Shown piece by piece: positions 17,751 to 27,805 of a stretch of 35,981 nt of DNA (position 1 is its first letter; every line of letters begins with the position of its first letter). Origin of the DNA: a virus; UHGV virus genome UHGV-0263263. One strand, 5' to 3'. Both the position numbers and the translations under genes were made by a program. The notes below the pieces were generated by a model, which ran no database searches, had not been told where the DNA came from, and saw only the letters and a list, made by a program, of their open reading frames with translations.

Positions 17751-19376
17751 ATGGATGAACTCGCCGTTAAGCTGATTAAGCGTTCCGACACGCTGAAAGC
17801 CAACCGCCAGCAGCATGAAAGCGTCTGGCGCGAGTGCTATGACTACACCTATCCGCTGCGCGGCGCGGGATTCTCTGACGAAGTGCTCGATGCTCAGAGC
17901 GCAAAACACAAGGTGGCGAAGCTACTGGACGGCACCGCCACCGACAGCGCCCGCATGCTGGCCTCTGCGCTCATGTCCGGCATGACCCCGGCAAACGCGC
18001 AGTGGCTGAACCTCGACAGCGAATCGCTTCCGGACGATGCCAAAGCCTGGCTGTCTGAGTGCGCAACGCTGGTCTGGGAAAATATCCATGCGGCAAACTT
18101 CGACGCCGAGGGCTACGAGGCGAATCTCGACGTGGTGTGCGCTGGCTGGTTCGTCCTGTACATCGACGAGGACCGCGAAGAGGGCGGCTACACCTTTCAG
18201 CAGTGGCCGCTGGCGCAGTGCTATGTCACGTCCACCCGCAAAGACGGCATCGTGGACACGATCTACCGCCGCTACCAGCTGACCGCAGAGCAGGCCATCA
18301 AGGAATTCGGCGCGGACAAGGTCAGCGAGAAGATCCGCGACGCGGCGAAGAAAAAGCCCGACGATAAATTTGATTTCCTGCACTGCATTTTCCCGCGCGA
18401 AACCTACATGGTCGATGCTCGCCTGGCGAAGAACATGCGCTTTGCGTCGTACAACGTCGACGTGAGCAACAAGCAGATTGTGCGTGAATCTGGCTATCAC
18501 GAATTCCCGTGTTGCGTGCCGCGCTGGATGAAAATCCCCGGCGGCTCCTACGGCATCGGCCCGGTATACGACGCGCTGCCGGACTGCAAAGAACTGAACG
18601 AAACCAAACGCATGGAGAAAGCCGCGCAGGATCTGGCTATCTCCGGCATGTGGATTGCCGAAGATGACGGCGTACTTAACCCGCGTACGGTCAAAGTCGG
18701 CCCGCGTCGCATCATCGTGGCGAACAGTGTCGAAAGCATGAAACCGCTGCTAACCGGCTCCGATTTCAGCGTGGCATTCACCGCAGAAGAGCGTTTGCAG
18801 GCATCAATCCGCAAAATCATGATGGCCGACCAGCTGCAGCCTCAGGACGGGCCAGCCATGACCGCTACCGAAGTGCATGTGCGCGTTGCACTGATTCGCC
18901 AGCTGCTCGGCCCGGTGTATGGCCGCTTCCAGGCGGAATATCTCCAGCTGCTGGTGGTGCGCTGCTTTGGCATTGCTTTCCGCGCTGGCATCTTCTCCCC
19001 GCCGCCGGAGAGCCTGCAGAACGCCAATTTCAATGTGCGTTACATCTCACCTCTGGCACGCGCCCAGAAGCTGGAAGACGTGACGGCAATCGAACGCCTC
19101 GGCGCGAACGTGGCAAACCTTGCTGGTATCAGCCAGGACGTTGTTGACCTCATCGATACCGACGAAGCCACGCGCGTTGTGGCCGATGCGCTGGGGGTTC
19201 CGGCAAAAGTAATTCGCTCTTCCGATGCTGTGGCGGACCTCCGAGACCAGCGCCAGAAAGCACAACAGCAGGCCGCTCAGCAGCAGCTCATGATGCAGGC
19301 TGGCACCGAGGCGGCTGGAGCCGCAGGGCAGACCGCTGGCGCAGCGTTAGGACAACGACTGGCAGGTAACCAATGA
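17751..19376 (+). CDS. Portal (head-tail connector) protein, T7 gp8-like
   Basis: 541 aa (T7 gp8 is 536 aa). Conserved central GSYG region and a Q/A-rich C-terminal tail. Synteny. Confidence 0.8.
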   Translation: MDELAVKLIKRSDTLKANRQQHESVWRECYDYTYPLRGAGFSDEVLDAQSAKHKVAKLLDGTATDSARMLASALMSGMTPANAQWLNLDSESLPDDAKAWLSECATLVWENIHAANFDAEGYEANLDVVCAGWFVLYIDEDREEGGYTFQQWPLAQCYVTSTRKDGIVDTIYRRYQLTAEQAIKEFGADKVSEKIRDAAKKKPDDKFDFLHCIFPRETYMVDARLAKNMRFASYNVDVSNKQIVRESGYHEFPCCVPRWMKIPGGSYGIGPVYDALPDCKELNETKRMEKAAQDLAISGMWIAEDDGVLNPRTVKVGPRRIIVANSVESMKPLLTGSDFSVAFTAEERLQASIRKIMMADQLQPQDGPAMTATEVHVRVALIRQLLGPVYGRFQAEYLQLLVVRCFGIAFRAGIFSPPPESLQNANFNVRYISPLARAQKLEDVTAIERLGANVANLAGISQDVVDLIDTDEATRVVADALGVPAKVIRSSDAVADLRDQRQKAQQQAAQQQLMMQAGTEAAGAAGQTAGAALGQRLAGNQ

Positions 19377-19606
19377 GAATAAAACAGGCCACACCTCAGG
19401 ACTTTAAGCGCATTTTCGAAGAAATGCCTGGCGGTCCTCAGGTGCTGGAAGAATTAACACGCCGTTTCGGGCGTGCGGCGTATGTCCCCGGCGGTACCGA
19501 GGGCGACCGCGAAACGTGTTACAGAGCAGGGCAGCGATCCGTACTGGATTACATCCTGCGCGAAATCAACAAGGCCGATGGAGTAGAAGACGATGTGGAA
19601 GCTTAA
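19373..19606 (+). CDS. Hypothetical small protein between portal and scaffold
   Basis: ATGA overlap with the portal stop. 77 aa. Confidence 0.4.
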   Translation: MRIKQATPQDFKRIFEEMPGGPQVLEELTRRFGRAAYVPGGTEGDRETCYRAGQRSVLDYILREINKADGVEDDVEA

Positions 19607-20429
19607 ACACTTATTCATGAACGCTGAGCAGGGTGCAGAACAGCCAGGCGGCGGTAACGGAGGTGGTGAAGATGGCGGCAATAATCCGGGTGCTGGCGAA
19701 CCTTCTGGCAATTCTCTGCTCAGCACCGGTGCGGGCGAATCGGGTGCTAATGACTGGCTACCTGAGAAATTCCGCGTTATGGGCGAAGACGGAAAACTCA
19801 GTATTGAAAGCTCTGCCCGCAAACTGGCGGAAAATTACACTCACCTTGAAAAACGCATGGGTAGCGGCGACGCGCCGCCGAAAACGGCAGATGAGTATGC
19901 ACCTAAGGTAGAGATCGAGGGATTCAACTGGGAAGAATTCAAAGCCGATCCGCGCATGCAGGGCTTCATGAAAACTGCGCACGCCAAAGGCATCACCAAC
20001 GATCAGATGAGTTTTATCCTGGGTGAATATGCACAGCGCGCTCCTGAGCTGGTGGGCGGTGCCGCTGCTCTGGATGCGGAAACCGCCACCACGCAGCTGC
20101 GCGAGGTGTGGAAGACAGACGCAGAGTTTAAGCAGAATATCGGCCTGGCTTTCCGCGCGTTCAACTCTCTGGCGGACGACGCCGACAAAGGCCGAATTGA
20201 CGAGATCGGCAATAACCCGATGGTTATCCGCATGCTGGCTAAAGTCGGTGCGGAAATGCAGGAGGATGCGCCAGCGGGCGGCGATGTGAACCTCGAAGAG
20301 CAGCAGACCATTCGCGACCTGATGAAATCTCCGGCGTACATGGACCCGAAACACGCCGACCACGAACGCGTATCTGCGAAGGTCAAAGCGTATTACCAGA
20401 AGCGCTATGGCGATCAAACCGTAGCGTGA
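19593..20429 (+). CDS. Scaffolding protein (T7 gp9-position)
   Basis: Acidic, low-complexity Gly/Glu-rich N-terminus. Position between portal and capsid. Confidence 0.6.
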   Translation: MWKLKHLFMNAEQGAEQPGGGNGGGEDGGNNPGAGEPSGNSLLSTGAGESGANDWLPEKFRVMGEDGKLSIESSARKLAENYTHLEKRMGSGDAPPKTADEYAPKVEIEGFNWEEFKADPRMQGFMKTAHAKGITNDQMSFILGEYAQRAPELVGGAAALDAETATTQLREVWKTDAEFKQNIGLAFRAFNSLADDADKGRIDEIGNNPMVIRMLAKVGAEMQEDAPAGGDVNLEEQQTIRDLMKSPAYMDPKHADHERVSAKVKAYYQKRYGDQTVA

Positions 20430-20450
20430 CATGTCACAGTTCCAACATCA

Positions 20451-20478
20451 AAAGCCAGCCTAACCCGCTGGCTTTTTC
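20451..20478 (+). terminator. Rho-independent terminator after the scaffold gene
   Basis: GCCAGC-ctaaccc-GCTGGC followed by TTTTTCATTT. Confidence 0.8.
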
Positions 20479-20482
20479 ATTT

Positions 20483-20498
20483 GGTCGGGATTCCGACC
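20483..20498 (+). promoter_or_regulatory. Late-element copy 3, immediately after the scaffold terminator and 149 bp upstream of the capsid gene
   Basis: Exact 16-mer. Followed by CCTCGCTAACAATC. Confidence 0.6.
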
Positions 20499-20646
20499 GC
20501 ACACCTCGCTAACAATCTCCCCACAACCAGCCCGGCGGGGACGCCGGATAACTGAATTTTCCCGCAGTGCGTAAGCGCCACGCGCATTGTGTTAATCGGG
20601 CCGGGCAACCGACAACCCAGCAGGCGATATTTTCTGGAGTGATTGT

Positions 20647-21559
20647 TATGTCATTTGATGCCAATAAGAACATGATTACCGCTGCGTTTATCACGCAGTT
20701 TCATGATTCTTTCGAAATCGCCGCGCAGCAGAAGGATTCCCGCCTGCAGGCTGCGGTAAACGACCGTGGGATGATTACCGGCGAAGCATTCACCATCAAC
20801 GATATGGGCACCATCGAAATGACGCAGATCACAACGCGTTTTGGTGACACCGTATGGGACCTGCCAGAAGCCGGCACCCGTAACGCGTTGATGGCGGACT
20901 ACGCTGTATTCGTCCCAGTTGAAAAACGTGACCTGCGTAAACTGCTGGCCGACCCGCAGGGGCCATATCTGCAGCTCACCCTGGCGGCCTCCAACCGCAA
21001 AAAAGACGATGTTGTTTATCGTGCTCTGCTCGACCCTGTGATGCGTAAAACGTCCAGCGGCGGTGCGTATGCACCGGTGGCGCTCCCTGCGTCGCAAAAA
21101 ATCGTTGCGGGTGGCACAGGCATGACCAAAGCCAAGCTGATCGCAGCGAAAGCGATGTTCCGCCGCAACGAGTGTGACGAGCAGAACGGTGAAGAACTGT
21201 ATATCACCTACAACGCCGACATGCTGACGCAGATCCTCAGCGATACCACGCTGACTTCTGCCGACTTCATGGCGGTGAAAATGCTGCAGGAAGGCGCAGT
21301 GTCAGGGAACTGGCTCGGCTTTAAGTGGCTGGCATACGAAAAACTGGATTCTGCGACCGCAGGCGATCCGGCCGTTACCACCAAAACCGCCGTCGCATGG
21401 TGTAAATCCGCTGTGCATTTCGGTACCGGCGCTGAGTACAACGTCGATATCGGACCACGTCGCGATAAAAACAACACCATTCAGATCTCTGTTGATGCGT
21501 CTTATGGTGCTGGCCGCGCCAACGAGAAAAAAGTCGTCGCCATCGATTTTGTTGTTTAA
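20647..21559 (+). CDS. Major capsid protein
   Basis: 303 aa. GGAG SD. Position between the scaffold and a strong terminator, as for T7 gene 10/Tphi. Flanked by a late element upstream and a terminator downstream. Confidence 0.7.
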
Positions 21560-21574
21560 GCCGCTGGTGTGTTT

Positions 21575-21600
21575 GCCGGGGTATACCCCCGGCCTTTTTT
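21575..21600 (+). terminator. Strong rho-independent terminator after the capsid gene (T7 Tphi analogue)
   Basis: GCCGGGG-tata-CCCCGGC followed by TTTTTT. Confidence 0.85.
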
Positions 21601-21616
21601 CATCTGAGGTTCTGCC

Positions 21617-22180
21617 ATGACTTCGAGTGTATCGATCTGCTCAAACGCACTTCTGGCGCTGGGTGCTCACCCGATAAATGATTTCGACGAAGACACGGAT
21701 CATGCCCGTCTTTGCGCCAACCTTTACCCTACTGTCCGCAATAAAATACTCCGTGCTCACCCGTGGAACTGCGCGATAAAACGCGTTGTGCTCTCACCTG
21801 TCAGCGCCGCGCCTGTCTTCGGGTATGGTTATCAGTTTTCTTTGCCTGGCGACCTGATTCGCGTTCTCTCTGTTGGCGAACCACGTGACGATATTGATTA
21901 CCGGATTGAGGGAAGCCGGCTGCTGGCTAACGTCGATGTGATTCGCCTGCGTTATATCTTCCGTAATGAGGACGAGTCCACATGGGACGCCGCGCTGGTG
22001 GATGTTGCTGAAATGACGATGCAGTCCAAGCTGGCGTATGCAGTGACCGGGTCCACCAGCCTGCGCGATAGCCTGGCGCAGGAGGCTTCATTTCTGCTGA
22101 AACAGGCAAAAGCCGTCGATGGTCAGGAAGAACCGCCGGAAGAGCTGGGCGGCTATCCAACTTATGAGTCGAGGTTCTGA
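21617..22180 (+). CDS. Tail tubular protein A (T7 gp11-like)
   Basis: 187 aa (T7 gp11 is 196 aa). Synteny after the capsid gene. Confidence 0.6.
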   Translation: MTSSVSICSNALLALGAHPINDFDEDTDHARLCANLYPTVRNKILRAHPWNCAIKRVVLSPVSAAPVFGYGYQFSLPGDLIRVLSVGEPRDDIDYRIEGSRLLANVDVIRLRYIFRNEDESTWDAALVDVAEMTMQSKLAYAVTGSTSLRDSLAQEASFLLKQAKAVDGQEEPPEELGGYPTYESRF

Positions 22181-22181
22181 C

Positions 22182-24173
22182 ATGCGCGCGAACCTTATAA
22201 AAACCAATTTTACAGCTGGCGAAGTTTCCCCACGTTTGATGGGGCGCGTTGATATTGCCCGCTACGCCAACGGCGCGAAGATTATCGAAAACGCGGTAGT
22301 GGTCGTGCAGGGTGGTGTTGTCCGCAGACCTGGTACCCGCTTTGCGGCGGCCACGAAATTCGGCAATAAAAAATCCCGCCTTATTCCCTACGTGTTCAAC
22401 CGTTCTCAGGCCTACATGCTTGAATTCGGCGACGGCTACATGCGTATTTATCAGAACGGTAAGCAGCTGGTTAACGGCGACAATACGCCTTATGAAATCG
22501 CCAGCCCATACACCGCCGATATGCTGCCCGCTGTAAATTATGTCCAGGGCGCTGACACCATGTTTCTGGTTCATCAGTCTGTGAAGCCTCACCGCCTCCA
22601 GCGCCGTGGTCAAACCGACTGGGTGCTTGAACCGGCACCGTTCATCGTTGAGCCATTCGACGAGGTGCGCGATACACCGCAGAAATGGTGTAAGCCCTCC
22701 GTCAAAGAGTTCGTGGGCTCTGAAATTACGCTGACCCTGAGCGACGCTGACCCAGGCACCAACCCAACACCTCCATTTACGGGGGGCGGCTGGGTTGCTC
22801 AGGACGTTGGCTCATACGTTCGCCTTAATGGCGGTCTGGTACTGATTAAAAGTATCACCAGCCCGCAGGTTGCCGTTGGTACTATCCGCAGCGACTTAAC
22901 CGCCACGCAGGCGGCATCACCGGGTTCATGGACGCGTGAGGACACTGTCTGGACCGATGAATTTGGGTACCCTGGCGCGGTGACGCTATACCAGCAGCGC
23001 CTTGTTCTGGCTGGGTCTCCGAAGTACCCGCAAACAATCTGGTGGAGCGAAACGGGCGTTTATCTGTCCTTTGAGATTGGTACCGAGGATGATGACGCGA
23101 TCAGCTTCACACTGTCTTCTGACCAGCTCAACCCGATTGTGCATCTGGCGCAGATGAATACCCTGATTGCGCTGACCTACGGTGGCGAGTTTACGATCAC
23201 CTCCGGCAATGATGCGGCCATAACACCGACCAATATTTCGGTGAAAAATCCGAGCCCGTACGGCTGCAACGGGATCCGCCCCGTGCGCGTTGGTACCGAA
23301 ATCATGTTCGTTCAGCGCGCTGGCCGCAAGCTCTACGCAGTAGCGTACGATCCCGACAGCTTTGTTTCCTATTCCGCCAACGATATGACGGTGCTGGCCG
23401 AGCACATCACCGCTGGTGGCGTGCTGGATATGGCATACCAGCAACAGCCGGATGCGTTTATCTGGATGGTCCGGGCTGATGGTGCTGCGGTCACGATGGC
23501 TATTGACCGTGGTCAGGATGTAATTGCATGGTCACGTCAGGTCACAGATGGCGCGTTTGAGTCGCTGGCGACCATCCCATCGGAAGCTGACGATGTGGTT
23601 TATGCGATCGTCCGTCGCGAGATAAACGGCCAGACCGTACGTTATGTTGAGGTGTTCGACAGCAAACTCTATACGGATTCAGCCATTACAGGGTTCAGCG
23701 GCGGCGATGGTGCTACGACATGGTCGGGGCTTTCGCATCTTGAGGGGCAGACGGTTGATGTGGTGGCCGATGGTGCAGTTATGCCGCAGTACACCGTTTC
23801 CTCTGGTCAAATCACCCTGTCACGTAAGGCTAAAAGCGTTGAGATCGGCCTGCACTTCGAAAGCACGATCGAAACGCTATCGCCGGAGGTTTCCACTACC
23901 GAAGGTACCACCCAGAACGCGAGAAAACGCACCAGCGAAGTGACAATGCGTTTTCTCGATACAACTGGCGCGGAGTGCAACGGCCAGGTTATTCCGTTCC
24001 GCCGCTTCGGGCCAAAAATCCTCAACCAGCCCGCACCGCTTTTCACCGGCGATCACTACTGGGGAAAACTTGGCTGGGAGCGCGGGGAAGACACCCTGCT
24101 TATTCAGCAGCGCCAGCCGCTGCCATTCCATCTTCTTGCAATTATTTTCACTTTCACCAGTAACGGGGGCTGA
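22182..24173 (+). CDS. Tail tubular protein B (T7 gp12-like)
   Basis: 663 aa. ATG at 22182 is 1 nt after the gp11-like stop. Synteny. Confidence 0.65.
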   Translation: MRANLIKTNFTAGEVSPRLMGRVDIARYANGAKIIENAVVVVQGGVVRRPGTRFAAATKFGNKKSRLIPYVFNRSQAYMLEFGDGYMRIYQNGKQLVNGDNTPYEIASPYTADMLPAVNYVQGADTMFLVHQSVKPHRLQRRGQTDWVLEPAPFIVEPFDEVRDTPQKWCKPSVKEFVGSEITLTLSDADPGTNPTPPFTGGGWVAQDVGSYVRLNGGLVLIKSITSPQVAVGTIRSDLTATQAASPGSWTREDTVWTDEFGYPGAVTLYQQRLVLAGSPKYPQTIWWSETGVYLSFEIGTEDDDAISFTLSSDQLNPIVHLAQMNTLIALTYGGEFTITSGNDAAITPTNISVKNPSPYGCNGIRPVRVGTEIMFVQRAGRKLYAVAYDPDSFVSYSANDMTVLAEHITAGGVLDMAYQQQPDAFIWMVRADGAAVTMAIDRGQDVIAWSRQVTDGAFESLATIPSEADDVVYAIVRREINGQTVRYVEVFDSKLYTDSAITGFSGGDGATTWSGLSHLEGQTVDVVADGAVMPQYTVSSGQITLSRKAKSVEIGLHFESTIETLSPEVSTTEGTTQNARKRTSEVTMRFLDTTGAECNGQVIPFRRFGPKILNQPAPLFTGDHYWGKLGWERGEDTLLIQQRQPLPFHLLAIIFTFTSNGG

Positions 24174-24174
24174 C

Positions 24175-24624
24175 ATGGTACGTAATGCAACGGCCGGGGA
24201 TATCCCGGCGCTGATCGAGCTGGGGGCGCGGATGTATATCGAGTCCCGCTATTCGCAGAATTCGCCCTTTGATGAAGAAAAATGCGCAGATCTCGCCCGC
24301 ACTCTTATTTCATCACCTGCTGGCTGTCTGCTGGTGGCCGAAAAAGACGGTGCGGTAATTGGCTGGCTGGCCGGGGGGATTGCTGAGCAGTGGTTCAGCC
24401 GCCAGTTAATGGCGTTTGAGTATGGGCTGTTTATCGCGCAGGAGCATCGCGGCGGCACAGCTGGACCGCGTCTTGCGAAAGCATTTATCACCTGGGCGGA
24501 AGAGCACGGCGCCGCGATCATAAACATGGGTATAACCACGGGCGTGCATGAAGAGCGCACCGGCGAAATGTATTCCCGTCTTGGTCTGAAACGTTCCGGC
24601 CTGCTGTATTCAATGGAGGTTTAA
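24175..24624 (+). CDS. GNAT-family N-acetyltransferase, occupying the T7 gp13 slot
   Basis: 149 aa. Acetyl-CoA motif A QEHRGGTAGPRLAKAF (R-x-x-G-x-A/G). GNAT-like beta-strand pattern. Translationally coupled to virion genes on both sides. Confidence 0.7.
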   Translation: MVRNATAGDIPALIELGARMYIESRYSQNSPFDEEKCADLARTLISSPAGCLLVAEKDGAVIGWLAGGIAEQWFSRQLMAFEYGLFIAQEHRGGTAGPRLAKAFITWAEEHGAAIINMGITTGVHEERTGEMYSRLGLKRSGLLYSMEV

Positions 24625-24626
24625 AA

Positions 24627-25094
24627 ATGTGTACTGGCGTGGAAATTGCGGCTATTGGCGCATCCGTGCTTGCCGCCGGTGGCGCGGTTTATAGCGGGCA
24701 GCAGCAAAAGAAAATGTCCAACTATCAGGCTGCACAGGCGGAAGCTGATGCCGAGGCTGCACAAGCAGCTGCACGGGTGGAAGCCGATCGCATCCGTAAA
24801 GCCGGACGGGCACAGGCAGCTGCAGCGCGAGCTTCTCTTGCCGGGTCTGGTGTGGACACGGGGGAAGGCACAGCGCTGCGTATTCAGTCCGATATCGTTG
24901 GCGATGCTGAGCAGGATGCTTACCAGACCATTCTGAACGGTACGAACCAGAGCGCCAGACTGAATGCGCAGGCGTCCGCTGACCGTATCTCTGGCCGTAA
25001 CGCTTCAACATCTGGCTACATCAGCGCGGGTAGCTCTGTGCTTAGCGCGGGCGGTACCGCATATAACGGCTGGAAAAAAGCAGGGAGTAAATAA
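24627..25094 (+). CDS. Internal virion protein (T7 gp14-like)
   Basis: 155 aa. Ala/Gln-rich. GGAGG SD. Synteny. Confidence 0.55.
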   Translation: MCTGVEIAAIGASVLAAGGAVYSGQQQKKMSNYQAAQAEADAEAAQAAARVEADRIRKAGRAQAAAARASLAGSGVDTGEGTALRIQSDIVGDAEQDAYQTILNGTNQSARLNAQASADRISGRNASTSGYISAGSSVLSAGGTAYNGWKKAGSK

Positions 25095-25096
25095 CC

Positions 25097-27805
25097 GTGA
25101 GAATTCCAACGGGTAATTTTGGTAACGTTACGCCGCAGGCGAATCCTACCCGCGTCAGTGTCAGCAGTGTCGGGCAAATAGGTAACGCAGTTGCAGGTCT
25201 GGGGGCAGCTTTAGGTCAGACTGCTGATGAGGTACAGCGCACGCAGGATAAAGCGGATGTGGCGGCAACCCAGGCTATCCTTACCGATCTTGATGCGAAA
25301 TCCAGTGACCGCTGGGAAAACCCGGAGACCGGCGCGCTGGTAACCCGGCAGGGGTTCAAGTCTTCCGGCGTTGGTCTGGACATGGATAAGCAGGACTCTT
25401 CCGACTATGAAGAGGCCCGTAAACGCGTACCGCAGAGCCAGCTGCAGTATTTTGACGCGCAGTGGAAAGCGGGTCAGATCCGCCGAGCCAGCACTTATAA
25501 CAGCTTTGAGCGTAGCCAGACAGAACAGGCGCAGCGCCAGCAGCTCGACGCGACGGTTAAATCGTCCGTTGAACAGGAAGCGGGGGCGTTTGACGATCCG
25601 CAGGCTGCCGCATTGATTCGCAGCGCCCGGCAGCACTCAATTTCATTGTATGGCCAGGCGCAGGGGTGGTCACAGGAGCAAATAGACCAGGCTGTTTCTG
25701 AGGCCAACTTACGCGCTATGGATCAGCGAGCCCAGAACTATGCGGTAACCAATCCTCAGGGCTGGTTAAATGGCGATTTTCCTGTGAAAGACACCGGTGC
25801 GCTGGATATGCGCGCTATCGGCATCGTTGAATCCGGCGGTAAGCATTTTAATGCTGACGGCAGCATTATCACTTCGCCCGCCGGCGCGCAGGGAAAATAT
25901 CAGCTGATGCCAGATACGGGCAAAGAGCTGGCGGCGAAGCGCGGAGTTGAATATAACCCGGCAGATGAAGAACAAAATGCCCTGCTGGCGAGCGATTACG
26001 CAAATCAGCTGTACGGTAAATATGGCTCTGAAATGCTGGCGGGTGCTGCCTATAACTGGGGTATGGGTAACGTTGACAAGCTGATCGCGAAAGCCGGAGA
26101 CCCACGTAAAGGCGAAATATCTGAGGCTGATTTTGTTCGGCAGCTACCTGCGGAAACTCGCGGGTGGCTGGCCCGGTACCGTAAAAATAAAACCGGTCTC
26201 GATCCTGTATCGGTTAACAAAATCGATAACATCGCTGAGTCGAAAATCCGGGAGCAGCGTACGGCGCTGCGCGAGCAAATTGACCCCATCCTGAATAATA
26301 CGATGGCGCAGCTGTACAACGGGGAAGTGCCTGACGCGATGCCCGATAAGGCATCAATTATGTTTGCGTACGGTGAACAAGGGGCAAAGGCAGTTAAGCA
26401 GCTCGATATCGCGATCAACAACGCCAAAACCTTCCAGGCGATACAGTACGTATCCCCGGAACAGCAGCAGGCAGAAATCGTAAAGCTAAAGCCTCAGGCA
26501 AATGACCCTGATTATGCGCTCAAGCTCGATGCGTATGGCAAGCTCGGCGCGCTGGTGCAGAAAAGTAACGAGGCGATACAGGCGCAGCGTGATACCCGTC
26601 GTTTTAACGAAGCGCTGTCTATGGGCGAGAAACTCGACCCTACCAATAAATCCATGCAAAAAGCCGCCGACGCCACGCCAACGGCGCAAAACTTCCGGAT
26701 TAACGACGCCACCACCCATGACGGTATTGTGCAGCAGGTGGCCCAGACCGGGATCATTCCTTCGCAGGTAACCACCCAGTTATCGGCGATTTCCCGCGCG
26801 CGCAGTCCTGAGGCGGTCCGTCAGGGAGCCGAGTTATTTAATCGTCTCTATGACACAGATCCCGCGTCTGTTGGCGACATGCCAAAGGATATGCAGGGAT
26901 TTTATCTCACCGTTAAACAGCTTACCGATTCTGGTATGGCGTCCGAAACTGCTATCGAGCAGGCGCAGAATCTGACCTACAACCAGACCGATGCGCTCAA
27001 AGCGCAACTGGCCTCAACCCAGAGCACCAAGGAGTACAAAAAAGACCGCAGCAAAGCGATGGATTCTGCTGTGAGCAGCATGTCGGGCTTCTTTAGCTGG
27101 GGAAATCCATCTGCCGACGATCAGACGCCGGAGGCCGCACGTTTTCGCAATGATTATCAGTCGCTGTACGACATCAATTACCGCACTACCGGCGGTAATG
27201 CGGATGCGGCCAAAAAAATGACCAACCAGCAGATCGCCCGCACCTGGAGTATCAGCGAGGTTAACGGCGACGCAAAACTTATGAAATACGCGCCGGAGGC
27301 ACTCTATAACTACGGCCCATCGGGGTGGCAGGCGGCGCAGTGGAAAGAAGAAAAAGAAAACCTGATGTACGGCGAGCGCAAGGGCGAGATCACCACCAGC
27401 CCGGCTCAGCTTGGGATCACTTCCGGTAACGCGGCACCTGTCACCAGTAAAACGCCGGAGTCGCGTATTGGCGGTGATCTGGAAATTACCCCTGATGTGC
27501 TGACGGCCCGTAATGGCGATTACGCCATCATGGTGCGAACAAAAGATAAGGATGGTATCGAGGCGGTACAACCGTTCTACGATTCTTACGGCAGGCCGAT
27601 GCGCTGGAAACCGTCACTGGAAGAGTGGGCGCCATACAAAAAAATGCAGGAAGAGCGCGAAGAACATGATCGCAATGAGCTGCAACGCGGGCAGGATATT
27701 CGTGGGTTCAAAGATAAACACCGTGCGCTCGATGAGCAGTACAAGCGCCTGCATAACGAGCGCATGGACAGGGTTAAAAATTACTTTTCGTGGAGCACTG
27801 AATAA
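25097..27805 (+). CDS. Internal virion (ejectosome/core) protein with soluble lytic transglycosylase domain
   Basis: SLT motifs ...GIVESGGK...AGAQGKYQLMPDTG...AYNWG. 902 aa. GTG start with AGGGAG SD. Confidence 0.75.
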   Translation: MRIPTGNFGNVTPQANPTRVSVSSVGQIGNAVAGLGAALGQTADEVQRTQDKADVAATQAILTDLDAKSSDRWENPETGALVTRQGFKSSGVGLDMDKQDSSDYEEARKRVPQSQLQYFDAQWKAGQIRRASTYNSFERSQTEQAQRQQLDATVKSSVEQEAGAFDDPQAAALIRSARQHSISLYGQAQGWSQEQIDQAVSEANLRAMDQRAQNYAVTNPQGWLNGDFPVKDTGALDMRAIGIVESGGKHFNADGSIITSPAGAQGKYQLMPDTGKELAAKRGVEYNPADEEQNALLASDYANQLYGKYGSEMLAGAAYNWGMGNVDKLIAKAGDPRKGEISEADFVRQLPAETRGWLARYRKNKTGLDPVSVNKIDNIAESKIREQRTALREQIDPILNNTMAQLYNGEVPDAMPDKASIMFAYGEQGAKAVKQLDIAINNAKTFQAIQYVSPEQQQAEIVKLKPQANDPDYALKLDAYGKLGALVQKSNEAIQAQRDTRRFNEALSMGEKLDPTNKSMQKAADATPTAQNFRINDATTHDGIVQQVAQTGIIPSQVTTQLSAISRARSPEAVRQGAELFNRLYDTDPASVGDMPKDMQGFYLTVKQLTDSGMASETAIEQAQNLTYNQTDALKAQLASTQSTKEYKKDRSKAMDSAVSSMSGFFSWGNPSADDQTPEAARFRNDYQSLYDINYRTTGGNADAAKKMTNQQIARTWSISEVNGDAKLMKYAPEALYNYGPSGWQAAQWKEEKENLMYGERKGEITTSPAQLGITSGNAAPVTSKTPESRIGGDLEITPDVLTARNGDYAIMVRTKDKDGIEAVQPFYDSYGRPMRWKPSLEEWAPYKKMQEEREEHDRNELQRGQDIRGFKDKHRALDEQYKRLHNERMDRVKNYFSWSTE

